Shown: positions 28,125 to 38,595, numbered from the stretch's first letter. The stretch is DNA of 64,000 nt from Bdellovibrionales bacterium (GCA_027317865.1 DAHVQG010000001.1:128001-192000), one strand, 5' to 3'. Made by a program: numbers and translations. The notes: a model not told the origin generated them from the letters alone.

Positions 28125-28751
28125 ATGTTTTCGGGTATAGTCGAGGCCAATGTCGCGCTTTTGGAGTGGACGCCCGAAGACCGAATTGTTCTACAAAAGC
28201 CAAATAATTTTAATGACTTGAAGCCTGGAGATAGCCTCGCCGTTAATGGCGTGTGTCTAACTTTGGAGTGGCACGATGAACATTCAATGCGGTTCGCATT
28301 GGGGCCAGAGACTTTACGAGTGACGGGTTGGTCAAAAGTCGAGTTACAAAAATGGCCACTCAACGTGGAGCGGTCATTGCGGATGGGTGACCGCATTCAC
28401 GGCCATGTGATGGCGGGGCACGCAGATTCTGTCGGCACGGTTCAACTAATCGAGCCAATGGGCGACTCATGTAACATAAGAGTTCGAGTGCCCGAAAGTC
28501 TTGCGCGTTATGTTTGGAAAAAAGGCAGTCTTGCGATCAACGGCGTGAGCTTAACGATCAATGATCTTGAAAATGGCGGTGAAGACGACCCAGCGCTGGG
28601 CCTCATTGTTAGTTTGTGTTTGGTTCCTGAAACATTGAAAAGGACGAATTTGAGTAAACTTCGCATCGGCGACAAAGTCATACTTGAGGCGGACACAATG
28701 GCTCGAGCCTGGATACGCCAAATGGATTTTGATCATGGGTGTAATGCGTGA
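28125..28751 (+). CDS. ribE: Riboflavin synthase (alpha chain)
   Basis: MFSGIVE N-terminus, GDSLAVNGVCLT, GHVMAGH and KGSLAINGVSLT. Confidence 0.93.
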   Translation: MFSGIVEANVALLEWTPEDRIVLQKPNNFNDLKPGDSLAVNGVCLTLEWHDEHSMRFALGPETLRVTGWSKVELQKWPLNVERSLRMGDRIHGHVMAGHADSVGTVQLIEPMGDSCNIRVRVPESLARYVWKKGSLAINGVSLTINDLENGGEDDPALGLIVSLCLVPETLKRTNLSKLRIGDKVILEADTMARAWIRQMDFDHGCNA

Positions 28752-29899
28752 ATACGATTCGTGAACTAATCGATGACATTCAAGCAGGTAAGATGGTGAT
28801 TCTTGTCGACGACGAGAATCGCGAAAATGAGGGCGATCTCATTTTGGCGGCGGACTTTGTCACTCCTCAAGCTATAAACTTTATGGCCAAAGAAGCACGG
28901 GGCTTGATCTGTCTTGCTATGACCTCCGAACAAATTGAACGGTTGGGTCTGCCGCAAATGGTTAAGGACGACCTGAATCGGTCGGCTAATAAAACTGCGT
29001 TTACTGTTTCAGTTGAAGCGTCGTCGGGAGTGACAACAGGAATTTCAGCGGCCGACCGGTGCCATACCATTCGGACCGCCGCTAATCCTTTGGCAAAGCC
29101 AAGCGATGTCATTGTTCCGGGCCATGTGTTTCCGATTCGGGCCCGTGACGGAGGCGTGCTCAAGCGTGCCGGACACACCGAGGCGAGTGTTGATATGGCC
29201 CGTCTTGCCGGCCTGAATGCGGCCGCTGTTATTTGCGAAATCATGAATGCGGACGGTACAATGGCGCGGGTTCATGAACTCCATGAGTTTGCCCATAGGC
29301 ACGGCATCAAAATCGGGACCATTGAAGATCTGATTGAATACCGGCTTGAAAATGAAAGTTTTATTGAAGAGCGCGCCGTGGCTCCTTTTCCTTCTGTTTA
29401 TGGCGATGGCTTTTCGGTTCGGGTTTTTCGTAATCGCTTAGACGGTCGGGAGCATCTCGCGCTTACAAAAGGCGACCTTTCGAATGAAATCGAAGGCATT
29501 CTTGTTCGCGTTCAAAAAGAAAATGTACTGGGGGATGTATTTGGTGGACTGCAAACGCCGAGCGGCGAATCGTTAAGACATGCCATTGATTTGATCGACC
29601 GTGCGGGGCGCGGGGTGATCGTTTATTTGCGGCAAGAAGACATGGGCTTGCGGTTAGAACAATCGGTCGCATCGAATCACACAATTGCTCCCGCAACTGA
29701 TAGCCGGGATTACGGTGTCGGGGCGCAAATTTTGCGGGCGTTGGGGTTGAAGAAAATTGTGCTTTTAACAAATCATCCGACGCCAAGAGCGGGGCTTAAG
29801 GGTTTTGGAATTGAAATCGTTGAATGCCGACCTCTTTTATTAACGCCGACATTTAGCCCGCGGGGAGATGAAAAGAAATTGCGGGGGCTCGATGTCTAA
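28748..29899 (+). CDS. ribB: DHBP synthase RibB fused to a degenerate GTP cyclohydrolase II-like domain (RibBX)
   Basis: DDENRENEGD, TAFTVS, TTGISAADR, PGHVFP and RAGHTEA. The C-terminal domain lacks the Zn-binding cysteines. Confidence 0.88.
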   Translation: MNTIRELIDDIQAGKMVILVDDENRENEGDLILAADFVTPQAINFMAKEARGLICLAMTSEQIERLGLPQMVKDDLNRSANKTAFTVSVEASSGVTTGISAADRCHTIRTAANPLAKPSDVIVPGHVFPIRARDGGVLKRAGHTEASVDMARLAGLNAAAVICEIMNADGTMARVHELHEFAHRHGIKIGTIEDLIEYRLENESFIEERAVAPFPSVYGDGFSVRVFRNRLDGREHLALTKGDLSNEIEGILVRVQKENVLGDVFGGLQTPSGESLRHAIDLIDRAGRGVIVYLRQEDMGLRLEQSVASNHTIAPATDSRDYGVGAQILRALGLKKIVLLTNHPTPRAGLKGFGIEIVECRPLLLTPTFSPRGDEKKLRGLDV

Positions 29900-30422
29900 A
29901 AATATTCCCCGTTTAAATGAAAGCCTCCGATTAATCGAAGCCGCACGAGTCGGAATTGTAACCAGCCGGTTTAACGAAAATATTACGTCTGAGCTGCGTT
30001 CAGGGGTCCTGTCTGAGCTTGAAAAACTCGGCGTTTCTAGTCGGGACATTCGAGATGTCTGCGTGCCAGGCGCGTATGAAATTCCGCTTGCGGCCAAGTG
30101 GTTACTTACCCAGAGCCGTTGCGATGGGGTGGTGGCCCTTGGAGCGGTCATTCGCGGTGAAACTCCGCATTTTGATTATGTTTGTTCAGCAGTTGAACGC
30201 GGCTGCACTCTTTTACAATTAGAACAGGCAAAGCCGGTGGTTTTTGGAGTTCTGACTGTTGACTCTGAGGAACAAGCGCGCGACAGAATTGGTGGCCGAC
30301 ACGGACATAAGGGTCGTGAAGCCGCCCAAACTTTGATTGAAATGTTAAATTTAAAAAAACAAACTGAGCGGGAAGTTCGCCGTACGCGCGGGTCCCGCCA
30401 ACGCCACAACCCTCGGAGGTAA
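29892..30422 (+). CDS. ribH: 6,7-dimethyl-8-ribityllumazine synthase
   Basis: SRFNENIT, VPGAYEIP, LGAVIRGETPHFDYV and FGVLT. Confidence 0.95.
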   Translation: MSKNIPRLNESLRLIEAARVGIVTSRFNENITSELRSGVLSELEKLGVSSRDIRDVCVPGAYEIPLAAKWLLTQSRCDGVVALGAVIRGETPHFDYVCSAVERGCTLLQLEQAKPVVFGVLTVDSEEQARDRIGGRHGHKGREAAQTLIEMLNLKKQTEREVRRTRGSRQRHNPRR

Positions 30423-30426
30423 AAAC

Positions 30427-30663
30427 ATGGCTGACCAGAGCCCGGTAACAGTTCAATTTTTCTACAACGAACTCAAAAAGAAGGTGAGCGACTCGAACGC
30501 AAAACTCCTTCTTCATTCTGCTGTCGTGCGTAGTGGAATTTCTTGCGCAGCCGATGCGCCTCTTCAAAAAGAAGACGCCCAAGCGCTTTGCATGGAACTG
30601 ATACGAAGCGGTGGCCCTGGTTTTCAAGTGGGCCGTGCGGTTTATAATTCTTGGGTACGGTAG
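30427..30663 (+). CDS. Small hypothetical protein
   Basis: SD GGAGGT before ATG. A 78-aa ORF filling the gap between ribH and the kinase gene. Confidence 0.65.
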   Translation: MADQSPVTVQFFYNELKKKVSDSNAKLLLHSAVVRSGISCAADAPLQKEDAQALCMELIRSGGPGFQVGRAVYNSWVR

Positions 30664-30698
30664 TGCTGAAGAAAAACACAATGCGGACGGGGTACTGA

Positions 30699-32960
30699 GT
30701 GCCACGGCCCGTACTCGACTCTACGGAAAGAAAGAAAAGACGCCGCGAGCTTATTGCGATCGCGGCGCTCGGTGTTTTATTTCTTGTGTTGACCTGGGTC
30801 ATGTTTCACCTGTTCGGCATTGCCGAACAGCTTCCGTTCGAATTTTCGATTTTCTTTTTTGGCCTGGTTAACTTCAATATTATTTTATTTCTTCTTCTCG
30901 CGTTTTTGATTTTTCGAAATATCGTCAAAGAGTTTTCTGAACGTGAAAACGGCCCTATTGGCCGCAGTTTAAAAAGTAAACTGATTGCGGCTTTTGTCGG
31001 ATTCAGTTTTGTACCAACCACGCTGATGTTTTTGGTGTCGGTGTTTTATATAAACAACAGTTTTGAGCGGTGGTTTAATCAAAAAATTTCAGGGATTTTA
31101 GAAAGCTCCATTGAGGTCACGGATTCGTACTACCTGGCGGCAAAACGGAAGAACTATCACTTTGCGACGGAAATCGCCAGCATGTTTCGGGATGATCAGC
31201 CAAAGCAAAAACTCCTTAACCGGTTGCGCTCGGAATATAGCCTCGACGCTGTTGAATATTACCCCAGTCTATTCGGACATAGAATTTCGAGTTTCGCCCA
31301 TGCCGAAGGTGTGCCGAATTTGCCGGCGGTAAGTCTTCAGCTCTTAAAAAAGGGAATTTTAGATCACGACAATTCGAGCATTATTTTTCACTACGCGGAA
31401 GGCGATCTTATACGCGTCATCGTGCCCGTAATGCACGGGCCGTATAAGGGCGCCGTTGTAGTGAGTTCGTATATTCCGATGTCGCTCGTGTCGCACATGG
31501 ATGACATTGCTTCGGCCCTAGCTAATTTTCGCGATCATGGTGCGCTGGCCTACCCAATAAAATCTATTTATCTTATTATCTTGGTTTTGATGACGCTCGT
31601 CATTCTTTTGGGGGCCACGTGGTTCGGCTTCTATCTGGCACGTCAGATAAGTGTACCGCTTGAGAAATTGGCGAAGGCGACACAAAAAGTGGTCAAAGGC
31701 AATTATGAAAAAGTCGAAATCGTCTCGGGTGCACCGGAGATCAACAGGTTGATTACAAACTTCAATACAATGACCCAATTTTTGGGCCGGTCTGAGCGTG
31801 AAATCCAAGAAGCCAACGAAAATTTACGTAAAACGTTGAGCCAACTCCATGAGCATAGCAGGTACATTGAAATTGTTCTCAGTCACGTCACTACCGGAGT
31901 GATTTCCGTAGATCGAGATGGTCGAGTGACCATGGTTAATCGTCATGCGGCCCGTCTTCTCGGTCTTGGATCTGAAGAACACATCGGGCGGCCCGTGAGT
32001 GAAGTTTTGAGCCCGCAGTATAAAAAATTGTTCGAAGATCTTCTCGGTATGTTCCAGTTCAACAAAGGGGCGCAGACTCTACAAAAAGAAGTTCAAGTTA
32101 CTGTTGGCGGGCGGCCTCTTCTTCTCGCTATGACAATATCGGTTTTAAGTGATGAGTCGGGCAACGAAGTTGGTAAAATTTTGGTGTTTGACGATTTAAG
32201 TCCCGTTTTGGCCGCGCAGCGTGCCGCCGCGTGGACTGAGGTTGCCCGTCGAATTGCTCATGAAATTAAAAATCCGTTAACGCCGATAAGTCTTGCGGCA
32301 CAACGCCTGCAACGAAAATTTGGCAACGATATTTCAGATCCCGCATTTCTCAGCTCGACACAAATGATTGTCGATCAGGTCGACGGCCTGAAAACTCTGG
32401 TGAACGAGTTCAGTCAGTTTGCGCGGATGCCGAAATCGCGACCCGTTATCGGGAATTTCAATCAAACCATTGCCGATGCGCTTCAGCTGTTTCATCAGGG
32501 CGAAAAGAATTTTCATTTGCATTTTGATGCCGACCCCCGGTTGCCGGCGTTTTTGTTCGATCCCGATCAGATTCAGCGCGTCCTAACTAATTTGGTTGAT
32601 AATGCAGTTGCAAGCCTTAAGGATATTCCCGATGGTGAGATTGTCGTGCAAACCCAATTTGATCCGCTGTCTAAAATTGTCCGGCTCACCGTGGCAGATA
32701 ATGGCGTTGGTATACCGCCTTATATCAAGGGGCGAATTTTCGAACCTTATATTACGACGAAGCGCCATGGCACGGGTCTCGGTTTGGCTATTGTGAAGCG
32801 AACCGTCGAAGATCATAACGGATATGTGCGGGTCTTAGATCAACAACCGCGTGGCACGCGTTTTGTGATTGAGTTACCCGTGGTTCTATCGAATACTTTG
32901 ACAGAAAACGCATCTGTGCATGTTGTTGAAGCGACACCGCCGCCAGAAGATAAAGCGTGA
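30699..32960 (+). CDS. ntrY: NtrY-like membrane sensor histidine kinase (HAMP-PAS-HisKA-HATPase)
   Basis: Four TM segments, AAWTEVARRIAHEIKNPLTPI, NLVDNA, DNGVG, FEPYITTK and GTGLGLAIV. Confidence 0.85.
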   Translation: MPRPVLDSTERKKRRRELIAIAALGVLFLVLTWVMFHLFGIAEQLPFEFSIFFFGLVNFNIILFLLLAFLIFRNIVKEFSERENGPIGRSLKSKLIAAFVGFSFVPTTLMFLVSVFYINNSFERWFNQKISGILESSIEVTDSYYLAAKRKNYHFATEIASMFRDDQPKQKLLNRLRSEYSLDAVEYYPSLFGHRISSFAHAEGVPNLPAVSLQLLKKGILDHDNSSIIFHYAEGDLIRVIVPVMHGPYKGAVVVSSYIPMSLVSHMDDIASALANFRDHGALAYPIKSIYLIILVLMTLVILLGATWFGFYLARQISVPLEKLAKATQKVVKGNYEKVEIVSGAPEINRLITNFNTMTQFLGRSEREIQEANENLRKTLSQLHEHSRYIEIVLSHVTTGVISVDRDGRVTMVNRHAARLLGLGSEEHIGRPVSEVLSPQYKKLFEDLLGMFQFNKGAQTLQKEVQVTVGGRPLLLAMTISVLSDESGNEVGKILVFDDLSPVLAAQRAAAWTEVARRIAHEIKNPLTPISLAAQRLQRKFGNDISDPAFLSSTQMIVDQVDGLKTLVNEFSQFARMPKSRPVIGNFNQTIADALQLFHQGEKNFHLHFDADPRLPAFLFDPDQIQRVLTNLVDNAVASLKDIPDGEIVVQTQFDPLSKIVRLTVADNGVGIPPYIKGRIFEPYITTKRHGTGLGLAIVKRTVEDHNGYVRVLDQQPRGTRFVIELPVVLSNTLTENASVHVVEATPPPEDKA

Positions 32961-32973
32961 TATGAGGGGAACT

Positions 32974-34326
32974 ATGAAATCAAAAACGCAAATACTTATT
33001 ATCGACGATGAAGCTCCCATCCGCGATGTTCTTTCCGCGTCACTTCACGACGAAGGGTATCAAGTGGCAACGGCGCCCGACGGTGTCGCCGGAATTAACG
33101 CAATTAACGAACTCAGCCCAGGCATTGTGTTACTCGATATCTGGATGCCCGGTGAAATCGATGGACTTGAAGTTTTGCGACGTGCGAAACAAGCCAACCC
33201 GGGCGTGCAATTCATTATGATGTCAGGACATGGCACGATTGAAACCGCCGTGAAAGCGACAAAGTTAGGGGCGTGGGATTTTGTCGAAAAGCCCCTTTCG
33301 ATCGACAAGATCTCAATTCTTATTTCAAATATTTTGTCATTTCAGTCCGAGCGTGACGAGAAAATTGCCTTGTTGAACAAATTGAGAAAAAACATAGCGC
33401 TCGTCGGTGACAGCCCGGCCATGAAAGATCTCAAGCAATTGATTGCACGTGTAGCGCCCAGTCAATCATGGGTTTTGATCACTGGCGAAAATGGCACAGG
33501 CAAAGAACTCGTGGCACAAAATATCCACTATTTAAGTTCACGTGCAAGCCGGCCTTTTGTTGCGGTTAACTGTGCAGCCATTCCATCCGAACTAGTTGAG
33601 AGTGAATTGTTCGGTTATGAAAAAGGCGCATTTACCGGGGCTGATAAGCCCAAAAAAGGCAAATTTGATTACGCAAACGGGGGCACGATTTTTCTAGATG
33701 AAATCGGCGATATGAGTCTGGAGGCGCAGGCAAAAATCTTGAGAATTTTGCAAGAGAAAAAGCTTCAGCGTGTAGGCGGAACTGAAACGATCGATATTGA
33801 TGTTCGCGTGGTCGCCGCCACAAATAAAGATCTTGAGGAGCAAATCAAAAAAGGTGCATTTCGCGAAGATTTATTTCATCGCTTGAACGTCGTACCTATT
33901 CGAGTACCCAGTCTGCGCGAGCGCATCGATGATGTGCCTGCTCTCGTGATCCATTTTGGTGAACAATTCGCGCGCGAAAGCGGTTACACGAAAAAAACAT
34001 TTACGGACCAAGCCTGGGAGCGCATGCGGGCCTACAGCTGGTCGGGTAACGTGCGTGAGCTTCGTAATTTTGTGGAGCGGCTTTATATTTTGACTTCTGG
34101 CGATTTAATCGACGTACATGATCTTAAAGTTGCGGGGCTAACAGACATATCGGTCGGCGGATCAACGGAATCTTCATTTCGACGCGCGCGAGCCGATTTT
34201 GAAAAAGAATTTTTGTTGCAAAAAATTTCAGAAAACGGCGGTAACATCAGTAAAACCGCTGAGGCCATTGGTCTTGAGCGCAGCTATCTTCATCGAAAAA
34301 TTAAATCCTACGGTATTGAAGTTTAA
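32974..34326 (+). CDS. ntrX: NtrX-like sigma54-dependent response regulator
   Basis: REC (LLDIWMP), AAA+ GENGTGKE, intact GAFTGA, FLDEIGD, and C-terminal Fis-type HTH. Confidence 0.85.
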   Translation: MKSKTQILIIDDEAPIRDVLSASLHDEGYQVATAPDGVAGINAINELSPGIVLLDIWMPGEIDGLEVLRRAKQANPGVQFIMMSGHGTIETAVKATKLGAWDFVEKPLSIDKISILISNILSFQSERDEKIALLNKLRKNIALVGDSPAMKDLKQLIARVAPSQSWVLITGENGTGKELVAQNIHYLSSRASRPFVAVNCAAIPSELVESELFGYEKGAFTGADKPKKGKFDYANGGTIFLDEIGDMSLEAQAKILRILQEKKLQRVGGTETIDIDVRVVAATNKDLEEQIKKGAFREDLFHRLNVVPIRVPSLRERIDDVPALVIHFGEQFARESGYTKKTFTDQAWERMRAYSWSGNVRELRNFVERLYILTSGDLIDVHDLKVAGLTDISVGGSTESSFRRARADFEKEFLLQKISENGGNISKTAEAIGLERSYLHRKIKSYGIEV

Positions 34327-34353
34327 ATCGCATACGACACCGGAGTTTTATTC

Positions 34354-36087
34354 ATGCGTTGGAGCAAAAGTCATTTACATACAATAAAGGAAATTCCCGC
34401 CGATGCTGAAATAGCGAGTCATCAGCTCATGATTCGCGCCGGCTATATTAAGAAAGTGGCGCAAGGGATATTCACCTATGGCCCGCTCGCGCTTCGTGCA
34501 ATTCGTAAATTTGAAAATATCGTACGCCATGAATTAAACAGCCGGGGCGCCGTCGAAGTTCTAATGCCTATGGTTCAACCGCGTGAGCTTTGGGATGAAA
34601 GCGGCCGATGGAATGCCATGGGTAAGTCACTCCTCAAGTTTAAAAATCGACTCGAACAAGATTTTTGCCTCGGCGCGACTCACGAAGAAGTCGTAACTGA
34701 CTATATTCGTCGCGACGTGAAAAGTTACCGCGATTTGCCGGTCAATCTTTACCAAATTCAGACAAAATACCGCGATGAAATTCGACCGCGCTTCGGGCTA
34801 TTGCGTGGTCGCGAATTTATTATGAAAGACGCGTACAGTTTTGACAGCGATGTTGCGGGTGCCCACCGTAGTTACCGACTGATGTTCGAAGCCTACACGG
34901 CGATTTTTAAAAGTTTGGGAGTTCATTTTGTCTCGGTGCGCGCGGACACGGGTAGCATCGGCGGTACAATGTCTGAAGAATTTCATATTTTGGCCGACAG
35001 TGGTGAAGATGCCCTTTTGGCCGCTGAAGACGGCAGTTTTGCGGCAAACGTCGAAGTGTGCCCGGCGTTGGATGTTGAGCCACCAGTGACCAATACGGCT
35101 CAATTGAAAGAGGTTGAAAAATTCGCAACCCCCGGGCTTAAGACCATCGATGACCTATCAAAGGCGACGGGCGTACCCAAGCACGAACTTGTCAAAACTC
35201 TATTCTATTCTACAGCTGAAGAAGGGAGCAAAGACGTCAAACCTGTTTGCGTATTGGTGCGTGGTTCCGATGAAGTAAATCCAATTAAACTAAAAATTTT
35301 GTTAGGCCTAAATGAGCCGCCGCTGTTACTAACCGAAAAAGAAGTTCGAGAAGTGAGTGGCGCAACACCTGGTAGTTGCGGTCCTGTGGGCCTTAAAATT
35401 CCTATATATATGGATAACGGTGTGTTTAATTTGAAAAACTACATTGTCGGGGCAAACGAAGACGGATTTCATTTAAAAAATGTGAATCATAATAGAGACT
35501 ACACTCCAACTGAAGTTGCGGATCTTCGTGTGGCGCGTGAAGGGGACAAAAACCCCGGGGGTAAGGGAGTACTCAAATCGTATCGTGGCATCGAAGTGGG
35601 ACATATTTTTTATTTAGGTACAAAATATTCAAAGTCTATGCATGCGACGTACCTTAACGAAAAAGGTGAGCCGAAAGACATCGAAATGGGTTGCTACGGG
35701 ATTGGAATTTCGCGGACGATTCAAGCGGTGATCGAACAACTTCACGACAAAGACGGTATCATTTGGCCGACGGCCATTGCGCCATTCCATGTGCATATTT
35801 GCGTTCTTGATCCAAGCGACACGAATGTCACTGCAGTCGCCGACAAACTCTACAACGAACTGCAAAGCCAAGGTATAGAGGTGTTACTCGACGATCGAAA
35901 CGAACGGCCGGGAGTGAAATTTAAAGACGCGGATTTACTGGGAATGCCTTATCGATTAAATGTCGGCAGTCGTGGTTTGCAAACAAACGAAATCGAAATT
36001 ATCGAGCGACGATCCAAAAAAATGGAGAAAATCAAAGTCGACGGGGTTACGGCTAAATTGCGCGACCTTTTGTTTTCGCACGCTTAA
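34354..36087 (+). CDS. proS: Proline-tRNA ligase with INS editing domain
   Basis: SHQLMIRAG, QTKYRDEIRPRFGLLRGREFIMKDAYSF, GIEVGHIF and MGCYGIG. Confidence 0.97.
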   Translation: MRWSKSHLHTIKEIPADAEIASHQLMIRAGYIKKVAQGIFTYGPLALRAIRKFENIVRHELNSRGAVEVLMPMVQPRELWDESGRWNAMGKSLLKFKNRLEQDFCLGATHEEVVTDYIRRDVKSYRDLPVNLYQIQTKYRDEIRPRFGLLRGREFIMKDAYSFDSDVAGAHRSYRLMFEAYTAIFKSLGVHFVSVRADTGSIGGTMSEEFHILADSGEDALLAAEDGSFAANVEVCPALDVEPPVTNTAQLKEVEKFATPGLKTIDDLSKATGVPKHELVKTLFYSTAEEGSKDVKPVCVLVRGSDEVNPIKLKILLGLNEPPLLLTEKEVREVSGATPGSCGPVGLKIPIYMDNGVFNLKNYIVGANEDGFHLKNVNHNRDYTPTEVADLRVAREGDKNPGGKGVLKSYRGIEVGHIFYLGTKYSKSMHATYLNEKGEPKDIEMGCYGIGISRTIQAVIEQLHDKDGIIWPTAIAPFHVHICVLDPSDTNVTAVADKLYNELQSQGIEVLLDDRNERPGVKFKDADLLGMPYRLNVGSRGLQTNEIEIIERRSKKMEKIKVDGVTAKLRDLLFSHA

Positions 36088-36125
36088 TTTTTGCATTTCC
36101 CAAATTTTGTGACAGAATTATTTAA

Positions 36126-36653
36126 GTGGAAGAAATCACGGTCGAATCGGTCAACACGCTTTTGCAGGGTTATTTCGTCAGACTTTCGCCCTTGTTACAC
36201 AAAAAATTTAAGGGTCAATTGCCACACGTGCAAGTTCTATTAAATTCGCGTATGCGATCGGTTTTGGGACGCGCGTTCATTGAAGAGAGCCGGATTGAGT
36301 TAAACGAGCGTTTATTGAAAAAATATCCGGAGGAATTGGCTCCTACTTTGGCCCATGAATTGGCGCATGTCATTGCACCGATTCTTTACGGGCGTAACGG
36401 CTATTTTCATCGTCTCGGATGGAAGCGAATCATGGAAGAGCTCGGTTTTGAACCAACGCGAACCCATTCGCTTGATGTAGCAGAGTTTAAAAGGCCACAG
36501 CGGATTTTGGGATGGGCAACTTGCGGTTGTGTCGGGCGTAGACATCCAATTCGCGCGCGGGTCTACAACAACATGAAACATCGCCGGCGTTATGCTTGTT
36601 TGAAATGCAAACAAGACTTGAAACTCTGTTTAAATGTCGCAGACATCAGTTGA
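36126..36653 (+). CDS. SprT-like zinc metalloprotease
   Basis: HELAH followed by H..GWK, and C-terminal CxC...CxxC. Confidence 0.8.
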   Translation: MEEITVESVNTLLQGYFVRLSPLLHKKFKGQLPHVQVLLNSRMRSVLGRAFIEESRIELNERLLKKYPEELAPTLAHELAHVIAPILYGRNGYFHRLGWKRIMEELGFEPTRTHSLDVAEFKRPQRILGWATCGCVGRRHPIRARVYNNMKHRRRYACLKCKQDLKLCLNVADIS

Positions 36654-37125
36654 TGCGATTGAGTAAACAGGTGAATGACTGATCGCTCGCGCCGTGCACG
36701 TCACTGAGATAGAGAGAATTGCCGGCGATTTTAGCCGAGAATGTGTCCTTTATAATAAACGATCCATCCGTGCTATCTCCCATGAAATAGCGAAACAGAT
36801 TACCATTTTGAACGTAAGTTCCTTTGGTCAAAATGAAGCCTCCGCCGGGAGGCGATGATAAATGGCGGCCGACGGTGTAGAGTTCCAAAACGGGCTGCGG
36901 TCCCATCAATTGAATTACAAATTGTGTTTGATCTGCTTTTACTTGTACCTTGAGCGAATCAAGCGATTGCGGTGGCTGTTTGAAGTCTTGGCTGTAAAAC
37001 TGCCCTTTGCAAAGCATAATCCGATACGTTCCCGTAAAGCTGTTTGCAAATGCCGGTGCAGAGAAGAATATTGCTGTGATTAGTGCCAGTACAATTCGAT
37101 TGATTTTCAAGGGATTATCCCCCAT
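36646..37125 (-). CDS. Hypothetical secreted protein
   Basis: Signal peptide ending AFA, beta-rich mature part and two Cys. Confidence 0.65.
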   Translation of the reverse strand: MGDNPLKINRIVLALITAIFFSAPAFANSFTGTYRIMLCKGQFYSQDFKQPPQSLDSLKVQVKADQTQFVIQLMGPQPVLELYTVGRHLSSPPGGGFILTKGTYVQNGNLFRYFMGDSTDGSFIIKDTFSAKIAGNSLYLSDVHGASDQSFTCLLNRIN

Positions 37126-37147
37126 TTATTGAGCAACGGTGTATACG

Positions 37148-37861
37148 ATGGCGAATAATTCGACAAGCGGTAAACTGAAATTTCCATTATTTGTCGCTCT
37201 TGACGTCGACGATATGGATTCGGCTGCCAAAATTGCCAGCAGCACGGCTGAATTTGTTGGCGGGTTTAAATTGGGCCCACGTCTTATTCTTCGATACGGG
37301 GCTAATTTAGTCCGTGAAATTTCGCAACTTGCGCCGGTTTTTGTGGATTGCAAGTTTTACGACATTCCTTCAACTGTATTAAGTTCGATTGAAGCAGCGT
37401 TTGAATCTGGGGCTTCATTTGTGACTGTTCATGCGAGTAATGGATCAGAATGTTTGCGCAAGGTCGCCGCACTCGAACAACAGTTGGCAAAAGGGCGGCC
37501 GTTTCAAGTTTTGGCGGTTACAGTTCTCACCAGTTTCGGGGATAAAAACCTACCGGCCAATTGGCGACCAGCGCCGGCTGTTGAACACGTTAATATTCTC
37601 GCACAAGTCGCAATAGATTCGGGTTTAGCGGGAATTGTTTGTTCTCCGCACGAAGTTACTCAATTGCGCCGCTCGTACCCCAACGCATTTCTTGTTACCC
37701 CGGGTATACGGCTAAAACCGGCCCAAATCGTAAAAGATGACCAGTCTCGTACAATGTCACCGAAAGAAGCTCTTGCCGCAGGCGCTGATGCGCTTGTTAT
37801 TGGCCGCCCGATAACGGCTGCAGTTGATCCTCGTGCTGCCGTGAAAGAGATTTGGCAATGA
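37148..37861 (+). CDS. pyrF: Orotidine-5'-phosphate decarboxylase
   Basis: VALD, DCKFYDIPST (DxKxxDIPxT), VTVLTS, VTPGIR and VIGRPIT. Confidence 0.93.
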   Translation: MANNSTSGKLKFPLFVALDVDDMDSAAKIASSTAEFVGGFKLGPRLILRYGANLVREISQLAPVFVDCKFYDIPSTVLSSIEAAFESGASFVTVHASNGSECLRKVAALEQQLAKGRPFQVLAVTVLTSFGDKNLPANWRPAPAVEHVNILAQVAIDSGLAGIVCSPHEVTQLRRSYPNAFLVTPGIRLKPAQIVKDDQSRTMSPKEALAAGADALVIGRPITAAVDPRAAVKEIWQ

Positions 37862-38595
37862 ATGATCGGCGTGCTGTTATTGGGATTCACTCGGCCAGAG
37901 AAGTTTTAAAAGTCAGACCACATGCCGTAAAGGAAATTTGGCTTAAAAAGGACGCCGAACGAGATCTAGAACTTAAAGTTTTTTTGGACTTTTCAAAAAA
38001 ATCTCATTGCCCGCTGCGCATTCAGCAAGAAAGCGCATTGAATAGAATAGCGGCCAGCCATCAGGGGGTCTGCCTCTGGGTAACAGAAACTCCCAAATTT
38101 AAATTCGAAGATTTGCCTGATTCGGAGTCATCAACTCATGCTTTAGTATTGGTTCTTGATGAAATTTCTGACCCTCATAATGTGGGAGCATTATTGCGGT
38201 CTTCTTGGTTATTTGGCGCAAACGCAATCATTGTGCCTGATCGCCGCGCGGCCCATTTGACACCTGCTGTTACAAAAGTCGCTTCTGGCGGTGCCGAACA
38301 CGTACCAATGCACATCTCTAACAACCTAACAGAGGCTCTAAGGGATTTGAAACAAAAGGGATTTTGGGTTTATGGGCTAGACGGCGGAGGTCGACAAACG
38401 CTTGCTGAAACGAGATTTCATGAAAAAGTAGCCCTAGTGGTTGGTGCTGAAGACAAAGGGTTGCGAATAGCCACACAAAAGGCCTGCGACGAATTGATTA
38501 AAATACCACAGTTAGACCCTGCCGCTTCATTGAACGCATCCGTTGCTGGCGCAATTGGCCTTTATGAGGTACAACGGCAATGGCAAAACCACTGA
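37858..38595 (+). CDS. rlmB: SpoU/TrmH-family 23S rRNA Gm2251 methyltransferase
   Basis: HQGV, DPHNVGALLRS, GAEDKGLR and SLNASVA. ATGA overlap with pyrF. Confidence 0.82.
   Translation: MNDRRAVIGIHSAREVLKVRPHAVKEIWLKKDAERDLELKVFLDFSKKSHCPLRIQQESALNRIAASHQGVCLWVTETPKFKFEDLPDSESSTHALVLVLDEISDPHNVGALLRSSWLFGANAIIVPDRRAAHLTPAVTKVASGGAEHVPMHISNNLTEALRDLKQKGFWVYGLDGGGRQTLAETRFHEKVALVVGAEDKGLRIATQKACDELIKIPQLDPAASLNASVAGAIGLYEVQRQWQNH

Noticed and set aside
30370-30422. Arg-rich RibH tail (RRTRGSRQRHNPRR) as a remnant of the NusB N-terminal ARM
   Set aside because: I could not recognise further NusB-like sequence downstream; low-complexity similarity alone is insufficient.
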